Source: Alphaproteobacteria bacterium
GTDB taxonomy: Bacteria > Pseudomonadota > Alphaproteobacteria > GCA-2731375
Length of the DNA: 64,000 bases
Assembly (NCBI GenBank): GCA_965225945.1
Contig: CBDDBZ010000032.1
Span: forward strand, 160,001 to 224,000
Direction of reading: 5' to 3'
This document shows positions 45,253 to 55,086 of this stretch, in pieces. The notes under the pieces are model-generated. The model was not told the DNA's origin, ran no database searches, and was given only the letters and a program-made list of their open reading frames with translations. Position 1 is the stretch's first letter. Each line of letters starts with the position of its first letter. Both the position numbers and the translations under genes were made by a program.

Positions 45253-45854
45253 GCAAGCCTTCGGGGCCCCGCCGGCGACGGCCGACGAGCGGCACCACGC
45301 CGCCGCCCCGACCGGCGGAGGCCCGCCTGCCGGGCGATCTCGCCGCCGAGGCGGAGCTCCACCGGATGATCCGGGTCGACCACGCGGGCGAATTCGGCGC
45401 CGCCCGGATCTACGATGGCCAACTGGCGATCCTCGGCGGCACCAAGGCCGGCGCGGCGATCGCCCTCATGGCGGCGGCCGAGCGGGAGCATCTGCGGACC
45501 TTCGAGGAGTTGGTGCTGGCCCAAGGCGTCCGCCCGACGGTGCTGTCGCCGCTTTGGCATCTCGCGGGCTTCGCGCTGGGCGCCGGCACGGCGTTGATGG
45601 GTCCGCGTCACGCCATGGCCTGCACCGAGGCGGTGGAGGAGGTGATCGACCAGCACTATCGCCGCCAGGTGGAGCGGCTGGGCGCGGCGGAGCCCGAACT
45701 GAGGCGGACGCTGGAGGCCTTTCGCGCCGACGAGCGGGGCCACCGCGACACCGCGATCGCCGAGGGCGCGCGCGAGGCGCCGGGCCACCGGCCGCTCACC
45801 CGCGCCGTCAAGGCCGGCACCCGCCTCGCCATCTGGCTCTCGGAACGGATCTGA
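45249..45854 (+). CDS. coq7: Demethoxyubiquinone hydroxylase
   Basis: RVDHAGEFGA, EREH, CTEAVEEVIDQHY, DERGH di-iron motifs. Confidence 0.92.
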   Translation: MSKPSGPRRRRPTSGTTPPPRPAEARLPGDLAAEAELHRMIRVDHAGEFGAARIYDGQLAILGGTKAGAAIALMAAAEREHLRTFEELVLAQGVRPTVLSPLWHLAGFALGAGTALMGPRHAMACTEAVEEVIDQHYRRQVERLGAAEPELRRTLEAFRADERGHRDTAIAEGAREAPGHRPLTRAVKAGTRLAIWLSERI

Positions 45855-45904
45855 GGCGCCGCCGATCTTTGACCGCCCATCCGAGGCGCCGTAAGCTCGG
45901 CGCC

Positions 45905-46594
45905 ATGGCGAATGTCATGATCACCGGGGCGAGTCGGGGTCTCGGCCTCGAGTTCGCCCGCCAATACGCCGCCGACGGCTGGCGCGTTCTCGCCTGCTGT
46001 CGCGATCCGTCCGGCGCCGAAAGCCTCGCGAGCCTCGTCGAAGGGAGTGGCGGCGCCATCACCTCCCACCCGCTGGACGTCGACGACGATGCCTCGGTCG
46101 CCCGCTGCCGGGACGAAATCGACACAGCCATCGACGTCTTGCTCAACAACGCGGGCGTCATGGAGGGCCGTGACGCCGGCCTCGGCGACATGGACTACCC
46201 GGCCTTCGAGCGGTCGCTGCGAACCAACGTCTTGGGGCCGATGCGGGTGGCGGAGGCGTTCCACGATCTCGTCGCGCGGGGGGCTGAGCGGAAGCTCGTC
46301 ACCATATCGTCGCGCATGGGCTCGATCGAGGAGGCGGCGCCCAACGCCATCATCTACCGCACCAGCAAGGCGGCGGTGAACATGGTGGTACGCTGCATCT
46401 CGCAAATCCTGGAACGCGACGGCATCATCAGCGTCGTGCTCCACCCCGGTTGGGTCCGGACCGACATGGGCGGTCCCGCCGCCGCCCTTTCGCCCGAGGA
46501 GAGCGCCACTGCGCTTCGCCGCGTCGTCGCCGGCCTCGGCGCCGGCGACAACGGCGGCTTCTTCAACTACGACGGCACGCCCATCCCCTGGTGA
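45905..46594 (+). CDS. SDR oxidoreductase (CsgA/C-factor-like)
   Basis: TGASRGLG, NNAG, YRTSK, HPGWVRTDMGG. Confidence 0.9.
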   Translation: MANVMITGASRGLGLEFARQYAADGWRVLACCRDPSGAESLASLVEGSGGAITSHPLDVDDDASVARCRDEIDTAIDVLLNNAGVMEGRDAGLGDMDYPAFERSLRTNVLGPMRVAEAFHDLVARGAERKLVTISSRMGSIEEAAPNAIIYRTSKAAVNMVVRCISQILERDGIISVVLHPGWVRTDMGGPAAALSPEESATALRRVVAGLGAGDNGGFFNYDGTPIPW

Positions 46595-46604
46595 GGCGCC
46601 GCCG

Positions 46605-47225
46605 TCAATCGGGCCGGTCCATCGAGAAGACGCGCTCGACGGCCGAGTAATCCATGTAGCCGAGCCGGGCGATCGGGCGCATGGCCAAGACGTCGACCCG
46701 GCCGTCGACGATCAGCCGATCGTCGACGTGGATGCCGACGACCTGGCCCAGCACCATGTAGTTGCCGTGGCCCTCGCGATGGCTGGGGAGCGTCATCGTC
46801 TGCAAATACTTGCACTCCAGATGCGCCGGGCTTTCCTTCACCCGGGGCGGCGCCACCTTGACCGACGCGACGGCGGTGAGGCCGACCTCGGCCATCTCGT
46901 CGACGCTCCTCGGCATGTGGGCCGAGGTGGCGTTCATCGCCTCGCGCAAGTCCCAAGTCGAGAGGTTGCAGACGAATTCGCCGGTCTCCTGAACGTTGCG
47001 CAGCGAATCCTTGATCCCGCCGTCGGGGTGGCTGCCGTTGGGGCAGTACATCACGCAATGCGGCTCGTCGCAGACCGCGTTGAAATAGCTGAAGGGCGCC
47101 AGGTTGAGCGCGCCGGAGGACGCAATCGTGGTGACCCAGCCGATCGGCCGGGGCGCCACCAGGGCCTTGAAGGGATCGCGGGTCAGCGGCGCGGGCCGCG
47201 GGTCCACGTCGGGATCGATAAACAT
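46605..47225 (-). CDS. Flavin reductase family protein
   Basis: VAPRPIGW, NLAPFSYFN, KDSLRN, ARLGYMDY. Confidence 0.9.
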   Translation of the reverse strand: MFIDPDVDPRPAPLTRDPFKALVAPRPIGWVTTIASSGALNLAPFSYFNAVCDEPHCVMYCPNGSHPDGGIKDSLRNVQETGEFVCNLSTWDLREAMNATSAHMPRSVDEMAEVGLTAVASVKVAPPRVKESPAHLECKYLQTMTLPSHREGHGNYMVLGQVVGIHVDDRLIVDGRVDVLAMRPIARLGYMDYSAVERVFSMDRPD

Positions 47226-47234
47226 GCGCGCTCC

Positions 47235-48149
47235 TCAGATCGGGTCCCAGTCGAAGTATTCGCCGGTGTCGTCGAGCGCCAGCAGGTCGTTGCGCAAGCT
47301 CGGCACCAGCATCGCCGCCAGGTCGGCGGGCGACCAGCCGTCGCCCTTGTGGAGGGTGCGGATGGGGCGCGGCTGGCTCATCAGATAGATCTCGTTGCCG
47401 CGCACGCCGAAGACCTGGCCGCTCACCCCCGCCGACGTATCGCTGGTGAGATAGACCACCATCGGCGCCATGTGCGCCGCCGTGGAGCCGACGCGGAACT
47501 TCTCGAAGGCTTTGGCCATCTCCTCGCTCTGCACGGGGATCGATTCGATCATCCGGGTCCAGGCGAAGGGTGCGACGCAGTTCGACCGAATGGCGTAACG
47601 CTTGCCCTCCAGCGCGATCACCCGGCTCAAGCCGACAATCCCCATCTTGGCGGCGGCGTAGTTGGCCTGGCCGATGTTGCCGTTGAGGCCGGAGGTCGAG
47701 GTGAAGTGGACGAAGGCGCCCGACGCCTGCTCGCGCATATGCGGCAAGGCCGCGCGGCTGGTGAAATAGCTGCCGTTCAGATGCACTTCGATGACGGCGC
47801 GCCATTCCGCCTCGGTCATCTTGTGCATCATCGAATCGCGCAGAATTCCCGCGATATTGACCACCGCGTCGATGCGGCCGAAGTCCGAGACCGCCTGGGC
47901 CACCATGCGTGTCGCGCCGTCGGCCTCGGCGACGCTGTCGGTATTGGCGCTCGCGCGCCCGCCCTCCGCCTCGATTTCGCCGACGACGTCGCCCGCCGGG
48001 CCCTCGTCCCGGCCCTCGCCGCCGAGCCCGGCGCCGAGATCGTTCACCACCACGCGCGCACCCTCGCGCGCCAGCAGCAGCGCCACCTCGCGCCCGATAC
48101 CCCGCCCGGCGCCGGTCACCAGCGCCACCTTGCCGTCCATCACGCCCAT
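47235..48149 (-). CDS. SDR oxidoreductase (3-hydroxyacyl-CoA dehydrogenase-like)
   Basis: TGAGRGIG, VNDLG, AGILRD, YAAAK. Confidence 0.92.
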   Translation of the reverse strand: MGVMDGKVALVTGAGRGIGREVALLLAREGARVVVNDLGAGLGGEGRDEGPAGDVVGEIEAEGGRASANTDSVAEADGATRMVAQAVSDFGRIDAVVNIAGILRDSMMHKMTEAEWRAVIEVHLNGSYFTSRAALPHMREQASGAFVHFTSTSGLNGNIGQANYAAAKMGIVGLSRVIALEGKRYAIRSNCVAPFAWTRMIESIPVQSEEMAKAFEKFRVGSTAAHMAPMVVYLTSDTSAGVSGQVFGVRGNEIYLMSQPRPIRTLHKGDGWSPADLAAMLVPSLRNDLLALDDTGEYFDWDPI

Positions 48150-48252
48150 GTTTCCTCTCCCTGGTTCCGAAGCGTCGGCACGCTATCGCATTATCCGCCG
48201 ACGCGACACCAGGCAGCGACCAGCGGCCACCCCATGACCGCGCCGCCTTCCG

Positions 48253-48546
48253 TCATTCGAAACTCTCGGGCCAGAGACGGGCGCCGTGTATCACCGCGGC
48301 GACCTCGATCTCACGGCGCGAGCGGTGGAAGCGGTAGGCGACGGTGTAAGGCGTACCGGATATGACCAGTTCACGCGTGCCCACGGCCTTGCCGGGCCGC
48401 CCCATGTGAGGATGAACCCTCAGCTCTTCGAGCCGGTCTCTAATTCGGTCTCTAATTCGATAACCGGCATCCGGATTTCGTTCCGCGATATATTGGAAAA
48501 TGTCCCGCAGTTGGCGCTGGGCACGCGACGACCAAAAGACTCTCAT
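48253..48546 (-). CDS. RelE/ParE family toxin, copy 1
   Basis: HPHMGRPG, GTRELV, YTVAYR, HGARLWP. Confidence 0.9.
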   Translation of the reverse strand: MRVFWSSRAQRQLRDIFQYIAERNPDAGYRIRDRIRDRLEELRVHPHMGRPGKAVGTRELVISGTPYTVAYRFHRSRREIEVAAVIHGARLWPESFE

Positions 48547-48794
48547 CAGGTACGGGCTTTTGCCGCGTCCAGGATCGCTGTCATTTCAGCCATCACCTCT
48601 TCATGCGAGACCCGATTGCCGCGATCGAGATCTTCCAACCCGGCGCGGACCTCGGCGAGCCACTCCCGCTCCTCTCGGAGGTAGCGCTCCAGGGCATCCG
48701 TGACGACCCAAGTCCGCGAGCGGTCGACGGCGCTGGCGATCTCGTCGACCTCGGCCGCGACTTCATCACTAACCCTGACGGTGATGGACGGCAT
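48546..48794 (-). CDS. RHH/CopG antitoxin, copy 1
   Basis: MPSITVRV..DRSRTWVV..ALERYL; acidic tail SHEEVM; stop overlaps toxin start. Confidence 0.88.
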   Translation of the reverse strand: MPSITVRVSDEVAAEVDEIASAVDRSRTWVVTDALERYLREEREWLAEVRAGLEDLDRGNRVSHEEVMAEMTAILDAAKART

Positions 48795-48860
48795 GAGACA
48801 ATCCCTCGAAATCATCGTAAGACAACGAAAGCATAGCATTTCTCATGGGCTCCGGCACGA

Positions 48861-49154
48861 TTATTCGAAGCTCTCCGGCCAGAGACGGGCGCCGTGGACG
48901 ACGGCGAGAATTTGGATCTTCGGCGAGGTAGCCTCGATTCGATAAGCGATGATGAAAGGCTCGCCTGGCACGACGAGTTCCCTTGTACCGGCGATACGGC
49001 CCGGTCGGCCCCTATTCGGATGGTCCGTCAAATCGGCCGCGCGCTGGCGGATATCCTCATGAATCCTTCGCGCGGCGCGAGGATCATGATCATGGATGTA
49101 TTGGTAGATCCCTTCGAGATTTCGAAGCGCGCGATCGGACCAATCTATCCTCAC
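48861..49154 (-). CDS. RelE/ParE family toxin, copy 2
   Basis: HPNRGRPG, GTRELV, FIIAYR, HGARLWP. Confidence 0.9.
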   Translation of the reverse strand: MRIDWSDRALRNLEGIYQYIHDHDPRAARRIHEDIRQRAADLTDHPNRGRPGRIAGTRELVVPGEPFIIAYRIEATSPKIQILAVVHGARLWPESFE

Positions 49155-49157
49155 CGC

Positions 49158-49409
49158 TCATTCGGCCTTCGCGTCGAGCGCGTTCAAATGAGCCTCGAGC
49201 CGTGCCATGGCCTCATCGTGGGGAATGCCTTCACCCCGGTCGTGATCGGCGATGCCGGCGCGGATTTCGTCGATCCAGTGTTTCTCGTCTCGTAGGTAGC
49301 GCCTCAACGCGGTCCCGGCGATCCAGGATCGCGAACGATCCATGATGCCCGCCAGTTCGTCGACCTCTTTCGCGGTATCCTCGTCGAGACGAATGGTGAT
49401 TGATGGCAT
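49158..49409 (-). CDS. RHH/CopG antitoxin, copy 2
   Basis: MPSITIRL..DRSRSWI..ALRRYL; PHDEAM. Confidence 0.88.
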   Translation of the reverse strand: MPSITIRLDEDTAKEVDELAGIMDRSRSWIAGTALRRYLRDEKHWIDEIRAGIADHDRGEGIPHDEAMARLEAHLNALDAKAE

Positions 49410-49528
49410 GGCGGCGTCCGTTTTCATTTGAATCAGATGATTTCAATAATGTCGTACAATATTCGTTCTCCCGCCAACCGTCAAAGACTGGCGCCCGATC
49501 GCGCGACTCGGGCACCTTTCTTCGACCG

Positions 49529-51028
49529 TTAGCGCGCCGCGCCGACGCCCGTCCGCGCGTTGAAGTCGTCGATCAGCTCGTCCCACAGCGAGGGGTAGGC
49601 CAGGAGATCACGCCAGAAATCAGGCGCACGGCGGGCATCGAAATCGGCTTGGCGGACACCCTGCTGCTCGACCCAGGTGTAGTAGCCGAGGTTGAAGATC
49701 CGCTCCCGCCCGGTTCGGTCCAGTTCCTCCAGATGGTCGACACCGATGTCGGCGAGGTGGCGGGCGAAAACGGCGCCCGCCGCCATCTCGTCGAAGCCGT
49801 CGGGGAAACAGCGCTGGATCGTGCGCGCCCGTTCGCTGTCGTAGAGCTCGGCCCCGTCGGTCGCCACGGTGAGAATTGCGTCGTCGGCGCCGAGGTCGAG
49901 CCGCTTGGCGAGCTTGATCGACGCCACCACGTTGCAGATGCTCGACAATCCGAGGTGCGACAGGCGCGCCACCCCTTCGGGATCGAGGCCCCGGCGCGCC
50001 ACCAGATGGCGGCGGCCGATATCGCTGTTGAAAAGGACGTTCAGGCTGTCGGTCGCGCGGTCGGAGACGGCGATCACCGCGTCCATGTTCATCACGTTCT
50101 GAATCAGCGGGATGTGCTTGTCGCCGATCCCCTGGATGTTGTGCGCGCCATAGCCGTTGTAGAGCATGGTCGGACATTCGAGCGCCTCGACCGCGGCGAT
50201 CCGGGCACCGTGCCGGGCCTTCAGATAGTCGCCCGCCGCGAGCGTGCCGGCCGAACCGGTCGCGGCGACGAAGGCGGCGAGGCGCAACGCGGGCTGGCTT
50301 TCGCGCCGCTGCTCGAAGACCCGCTCCAGCGCGCGGCCGGTCACGAAATGGTGCGCGACGTAGTTCCCAAATTCGGCGAACTGGTTCAGGATGACGGCGT
50401 CGGGCAGCGCCGCGAGCTCGGCGCAGGCGTCGTAGATTTCCTTGACGTTGCTCTCGGAACCCGGCGTGCGGTGGATGTCGTCGGGCGAGCCGACCCAGGC
50501 CTCGAGCCAGCGGAAGCGCTCGGCGCTCATCTCTTCCGGCAGGACCGCGACGCTCCTGCAGCCGATGATCCGCGAGATCGCGACCCCACCCCGGCAGTAG
50601 TTGCCGGTGGACGGCCAGACGGCGCGATGGCGGCCCGGATCGAAGCGGCCGGTGACGATGCGGGGCACCAGGCAGGCCATTGCCGCCAGCACCTTGTGCG
50701 CGCCGATCAAGGGAAAACGATCGCCGAGCACGACGAGGATCTTTGCCGCCACGCCGCTCAAGGCCTCGGGCAAGAGCAGATGCATCGGCACCGCGACTAG
50801 GCCACGGCGATCCGGACCGTTGTGCCAGGTGACGCGAAAGAGATTGCGAGGATCGGCCTCGTCCGGCCCGACGCCTCGGAGCCCCGCTGGAATCGCTTCG
50901 GGCATGGTGGCTGGATCGGCCAGTTCGGAGAACCTGGGCAGCCGCACGCCCGCGTCGCGCAATCGGGCGACCGCTCGGTCGCGCGTCTCGACGTCGACCA
51001 CGTCGCGTTCGAGCGTCGATTGGCTCAC
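49529..51028 (-). CDS. PLP-dependent fold-type II enzyme (cysteine synthase-like)
   Basis: [29 protein letters not shown]. Confidence 0.82.
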   Translation of the reverse strand: MSQSTLERDVVDVETRDRAVARLRDAGVRLPRFSELADPATMPEAIPAGLRGVGPDEADPRNLFRVTWHNGPDRRGLVAVPMHLLLPEALSGVAAKILVVLGDRFPLIGAHKVLAAMACLVPRIVTGRFDPGRHRAVWPSTGNYCRGGVAISRIIGCRSVAVLPEEMSAERFRWLEAWVGSPDDIHRTPGSESNVKEIYDACAELAALPDAVILNQFAEFGNYVAHHFVTGRALERVFEQRRESQPALRLAAFVAATGSAGTLAAGDYLKARHGARIAAVEALECPTMLYNGYGAHNIQGIGDKHIPLIQNVMNMDAVIAVSDRATDSLNVLFNSDIGRRHLVARRGLDPEGVARLSHLGLSSICNVVASIKLAKRLDLGADDAILTVATDGAELYDSERARTIQRCFPDGFDEMAAGAVFARHLADIGVDHLEELDRTGRERIFNLGYYTWVEQQGVRQADFDARRAPDFWRDLLAYPSLWDELIDDFNARTGVGAAR

Positions 51029-51148
51029 CGTCGGTCCTTCCCGCGCGCTTTCAGGGCCCGCCGGTCCCGGCCTGCCTCGACACGGCGAGGCGCGAGCGCT
51101 CCGGCGCCGAGCGATGCCCTCGGTGGATCCATGCCGGTGCGTGGTCGA

Positions 51149-51235
51149 TGGTGCGAGCGGTGAGACTCGAACTCACACTCCCTTACAGGAAATGGCTTTT
51201 GAGGCCATCGCGTCTACCGATTCCGCCACGCTCGC
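51149..51235 (-). tRNA. tRNA-Leu(CAA)
   Basis: GCGAGCG acceptor stem, GGTAGA D-loop, ATGGC-CTCAAAA-GCCAT anticodon arm, long variable arm, GTTCGAG, encoded CCA. Confidence 0.96.
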
Positions 51236-51408
51236 CCCGACCGCCACCTGAATAGACGACGGCGCCGGGCAAGGCAACCGCGCGTCCAGGGCGGCGCCGG
51301 CCGGCGAGCGCGAGACGCCTCGTCGAGATGGTGAAAACTCGACTGGCGGCGCCTTCCCGGCGCCCGTAACATCGTTTCCGTCAGGCCGAACCGGGCGGGA
51401 GGAAGCGC

Positions 51409-52911
51409 ATGAGTGTCCAGCCGATCAAAAACGCCGCCGCGCACGTCGCGAGCCTCCGGGACGGCCGCTCGGTCCATCTCGACGGGCGGCGGATCGACGA
51501 CGTCACCACCCACCCCGCCTTCCGCAACGCGGTCGAGACGGCGGCGGGGCTTTACGACTTTCAGGCCGATCCGGCGAACGCAGAGCTGATGACGTTCGAA
51601 TCGCCGACGAGCGGGCGGCGGGTCAACCGCGCCTGGCAGATGCCCGAGAGTTACGACGAGCTGGTGCTGCGGCGCCGGGCACTGGTCGCCTGGGCGGAAT
51701 GCCACGCGGGCTTCTTGGGCCGCTCGCCGGATCATCTGGCCTCGGCCGTGACCGGCCAGTTGATGGGCCTCGACATCTTCGAGGCGCACGATCCGGCCCG
51801 CGCCAAGGCCTACTGGAACTATTACGTCGACGCCCGCGACAGCGACCTCTACCTCACCTACGTCATCATCAACCCGCAGGTCGACCGCTCGAAATCCGCA
51901 GCTGAGTTGGACCGCGACGATCCCATGCTCAAAATCGTCGACGAGGACTCGCGCGGCGTGACGGTTCGGGGCGCCAAGATGCTCGGCACCAGCTCGATCA
52001 TGGCGAACGAGGTCTTCGTCGCGCATTTGCAACCCCTGCGGCCGGACGAGGTGGACTACGCCATCTGCTTCGCGCTGCCGATGGGAACGAAGGGGCTGGA
52101 GGTGCTGTCGCGCCGGTCCTACGAGGCCCGCGCGGTCTCGGATTTCGACGATCCCCTCGCCGCGCGCTACGACGAGAACGACGCCCTGCTCTATTTCGAC
52201 GATGTCCAGGTCCCCTGGGAACGGGTCTTCGTCCACCGCGACCCGGAGATGTGCCGGCGCCAGTTCCACGACACGCCGGGCCACATCTATCAGAACTACC
52301 AGGCGCAGATCCGGCTCACGGTGAAGCTCAAGTTCCTGGTCGGCCTCGCCCGACAAATCACCGAGATCATCGGCACGGTGAAGATCCCCTCGGTGGTCGA
52401 ATCGCTCGGCCGGATGGCGGCCCGCGCGGCCCAGGTCGAAAGCATGCTCTGGGGCATGGAGGCGAAGGGGGGCCACTGGGGCAAGTATTTCGTGCCCGAT
52501 CGCCATTCGGTCTACGCCGCCCAGACGCTGACCCAAGAGCTCTATCCGGAGATGATCACGACGCTCCGCGAGCTCGCCGGAGGTGCCTTGGTGATGCTGC
52601 CGTCGTCGGCCGCCGACTTCGCCGATCGCAAGCTCGCCCGTATTCTCAAGAGCGTCCAGACCTCCGCCGACGGCCGCTCGGACCGAGAGCGGGTGAAGCT
52701 GTTGAAACTGGCGTGGGACGCCGTCGGCTCCGAGTTCGCCGGCCGCCACGTGCAGTATGAGATGTTCTATGCGGGCGCCCCGTTCGTGACCCGCGGCCAC
52801 AGCTTCCGCACCTACGACTGGGCCGGCGCCGAGCGCCTGGTCGCCACCATCGCCGAGCGCTACGACCTGGCCGGATCGATCCGGGAATTGGCCGAGCCGG
52901 CGGCGGAGTGA
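51409..52911 (+). CDS. 4-hydroxyphenylacetate 3-hydroxylase family flavin monooxygenase (HpaB-like)
   Basis: SLRDGR, HPAF, GRSPD, RGAKMLGT, YDENDA, VPWERVF, YEMFYAG. Confidence 0.9.
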   Translation: MSVQPIKNAAAHVASLRDGRSVHLDGRRIDDVTTHPAFRNAVETAAGLYDFQADPANAELMTFESPTSGRRVNRAWQMPESYDELVLRRRALVAWAECHAGFLGRSPDHLASAVTGQLMGLDIFEAHDPARAKAYWNYYVDARDSDLYLTYVIINPQVDRSKSAAELDRDDPMLKIVDEDSRGVTVRGAKMLGTSSIMANEVFVAHLQPLRPDEVDYAICFALPMGTKGLEVLSRRSYEARAVSDFDDPLAARYDENDALLYFDDVQVPWERVFVHRDPEMCRRQFHDTPGHIYQNYQAQIRLTVKLKFLVGLARQITEIIGTVKIPSVVESLGRMAARAAQVESMLWGMEAKGGHWGKYFVPDRHSVYAAQTLTQELYPEMITTLRELAGGALVMLPSSAADFADRKLARILKSVQTSADGRSDRERVKLLKLAWDAVGSEFAGRHVQYEMFYAGAPFVTRGHSFRTYDWAGAERLVATIAERYDLAGSIRELAEPAAE

Positions 52912-52959
52912 GCCGGTGGCACGCGGTTCGAGCCCGGGGCTGCGCCGGGACGGGAAATG

Positions 52960-52978
52960 ATGTAATAACCTTTTACAT
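52960..52978. promoter_or_regulatory. Palindromic operator overlapping TetR start
   Basis: ATGTAA-N7-TTACAT. Confidence 0.65.
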
Positions 52979-53621
52979 GAAGCGGACGGACAAGGGGCGC
53001 AAGCGGCGAGGCTATCACCACGGTAATTTGCGCGAGACCCTGGTGCAGGCGGCCTTGGCCTTGATCGGCGACAAGGGGTCGGCCGGCTTCACTTTCGCCG
53101 ATGCCGCGCGGTGGGCCGGCGTCAGCCCGGCCGCGCCCTACCGACACTTTCGCGACCGCGACGAGCTGATGGCCGATGTCGCCAAGCGAGGCTTCGAGCG
53201 GTTCACGGCGCATCTGGCGAAGGCCTGGAACGAGGGACGGCCGGAACCATACCGGGCCTTCGAAAACATCGGACGCGCCTATCTCTCCTTCGCCCGGAAC
53301 GAGACCGCATATTACGCCGCGATGTTCGAATCCCGGTTGCCCCTGGATTTGAGCCCCGAGTTGGCGGCGGCCGGCGACGAGGCCTTCGCCGTGCTGCGCC
53401 GGGCGACAGAGGCGCTCTGCAACTTGATGCCCGAAGACGAGCGTCCGCCCGTATTGATGATGAGCCTGCATTTCTGGTCGCTCCTGCACGGCATCGCCTC
53501 GCTCTTCGCCCGCGGCGACGCGGCCCGACGCCCGCTCCCGATGCCGCCCGAGGAACTGCTGGAGTCCGCCCTCCTGGTCTACCTCGGCGGCCTCGGCCCG
53601 CCGGGCGATGGCAAGCCCTGA
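52977..53621 (+). CDS. TetR/AcrR regulator
   Basis: YHHGNLRE, AARWAGVSPAAPYRHF, WSLLHG. Confidence 0.93.
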   Translation: MKRTDKGRKRRGYHHGNLRETLVQAALALIGDKGSAGFTFADAARWAGVSPAAPYRHFRDRDELMADVAKRGFERFTAHLAKAWNEGRPEPYRAFENIGRAYLSFARNETAYYAAMFESRLPLDLSPELAAAGDEAFAVLRRATEALCNLMPEDERPPVLMMSLHFWSLLHGIASLFARGDAARRPLPMPPEELLESALLVYLGGLGPPGDGKP

Positions 53622-53658
53622 CGCGGCCATTTTTTCGCCGCCGTCCACCATCGGGTGC

Positions 53659-53710
53659 TTGACACCTCGAGGTTTCGGCCCATTTATGTTAATGTAAAAA
53701 ACATTCACAT
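53659..53710 (+). promoter_or_regulatory. Promoter plus second operator copy upstream of DUF2852 gene
   Basis: TTGACA at 53659, AT-rich -10 region near 53681, ATGTAA-N7-TCACAT at 53692-53710. Confidence 0.65.
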
Positions 53711-53719
53711 GAGGGTGTG

Positions 53720-54130
53720 ATGGAACTAGCCGCGAGAGTGGACGATTACGGCAAGCCGGCCTGGATCGCGTTGACGATCCTCGGCTTCGTCATTTACTGG
53801 CCCTTGGGCTTGGCCCTTCTGGCCTACCTGATATGGAGTGGACGAATGGGATGTTGGAACGGCCGTGGCTCGAACTACCGGCGCAATTTCGACGGCGCGC
53901 GCGAACGGTTTCGGGACGTCTGGTGGAGCGGCGTGCGTCGCCGCGCGCCGTCCAGCGGAAACAGTGCCTTCGACGAATACCGCGACGAGATGCTGCGCCG
54001 GCTGGACGAGGAGCAGCGGGAGTACAAGGCCTTCCTCGCGCGCTTGCGCCACGCCAAGGACAAGGCCGAGTTCGACCAGTTCATGGCCGAGCGCCGGAGT
54101 TCGGGCGCGACGGACGGGCCCACGGCCTGA
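53720..54130 (+). CDS. DUF2852-like membrane protein
   Basis: WPLGLALLAYLIWSGRM, SSGNSAFDEYR, AKDKAEFDQFMAER. Confidence 0.85.
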   Translation: MELAARVDDYGKPAWIALTILGFVIYWPLGLALLAYLIWSGRMGCWNGRGSNYRRNFDGARERFRDVWWSGVRRRAPSSGNSAFDEYRDEMLRRLDEEQREYKAFLARLRHAKDKAEFDQFMAERRSSGATDGPTA

Positions 54131-54182
54131 GCCGAAACCGGGGCACATGCCGGCGCCGGGCGCCACGCCCGGCGCCGTCTCG

Positions 54183-54941
54183 TTATTCGAGGCCCTGGGC
54201 CAGCGTCTCGACGGTGGCGAGTAGGCGGGCGATGTCGGCGGGCTCCGACAGCCGGTGGTCGCCCGACTTGACGAAGGTGACCTCGACGTCGTCGCTGGCG
54301 AGCAATTCGACGATGTCGAGGGAGCCTCGCCAGGGGACGTCCGGATCGGCCATGCCGTGGAGGATGCGGAGCGGACAGCGGATCGCCATCGGCGCCTGGT
54401 CCAGCACCAGGTGCCGGCGGCCGTCCTCGATCAGGTTCATGGTGATCTCGTAGGGCTCGTCGCTGTATTCCGAGGGGCGGCGGTAGACGCCCTCGCTCTC
54501 CAGCTCGCGGCGAATTTCGGGGCCGAAGCTCTCCCACATGCGCTCCACGAAATCCGGCGCCGGCGCGATGCCGACCAGACCCGCCACCCGCTCCGGCCGG
54601 GCCAGCGCGACCAGCAGCATGATCCAGCCGCCCATGGAGGAGCCGACCACGACCTGCGGTCCCTCGCACACCTCGTCCAGGAGGTGAATCGCGTCCTCGG
54701 CCCAAAGTCCGATGGTGCCGTCGGCGAAGCGGCCGGAGGAGCGGCCGTGGCCGCGATAGTCGAAGCGGGTGAAGGCGCGGCCGACCTCGCCGCAATGGGC
54801 CTCCAGCGCCACCGCCTTGGTGCCGCTCATATCCGACATGAAACCGCCGCAGAAGAGCACCCCGGGCCCTCGGCCGGGCGTTCGGTGGTAGGCGATCGTC
54901 GTGCCGTCGGGGCGGTTCAGGATCTTCTCGGGCGGGCTCAT
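54183..54941 (-). CDS. Alpha/beta hydrolase
   Basis: GGFMSDM, FDYRGHG, GSSMGG, GDHRLS; start MSPPEK. Confidence 0.92.
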   Translation of the reverse strand: MSPPEKILNRPDGTTIAYHRTPGRGPGVLFCGGFMSDMSGTKAVALEAHCGEVGRAFTRFDYRGHGRSSGRFADGTIGLWAEDAIHLLDEVCEGPQVVVGSSMGGWIMLLVALARPERVAGLVGIAPAPDFVERMWESFGPEIRRELESEGVYRRPSEYSDEPYEITMNLIEDGRRHLVLDQAPMAIRCPLRILHGMADPDVPWRGSLDIVELLASDDVEVTFVKSGDHRLSEPADIARLLATVETLAQGLE

Positions 54942-55086
54942 GGCCGGTTCTCCCAGCGTTCGCGAAACGGGCGGCGACCATCCCATCGCCCGACCGGCGC
55001 GAGCTATTCCGTCTTCTCGGGTGCCGGCATCTCGGCGCAGATCGCCTTCAAGGCCCGCCATTCCTCCCGGCTTGTCAGCGCTCTGG

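Noticed and set aside
48253-51235. Genomic island integrated at tRNA-Leu carrying the TA pairs
   Set aside because: No integrase and no duplicated tRNA 3' end seen in the window.
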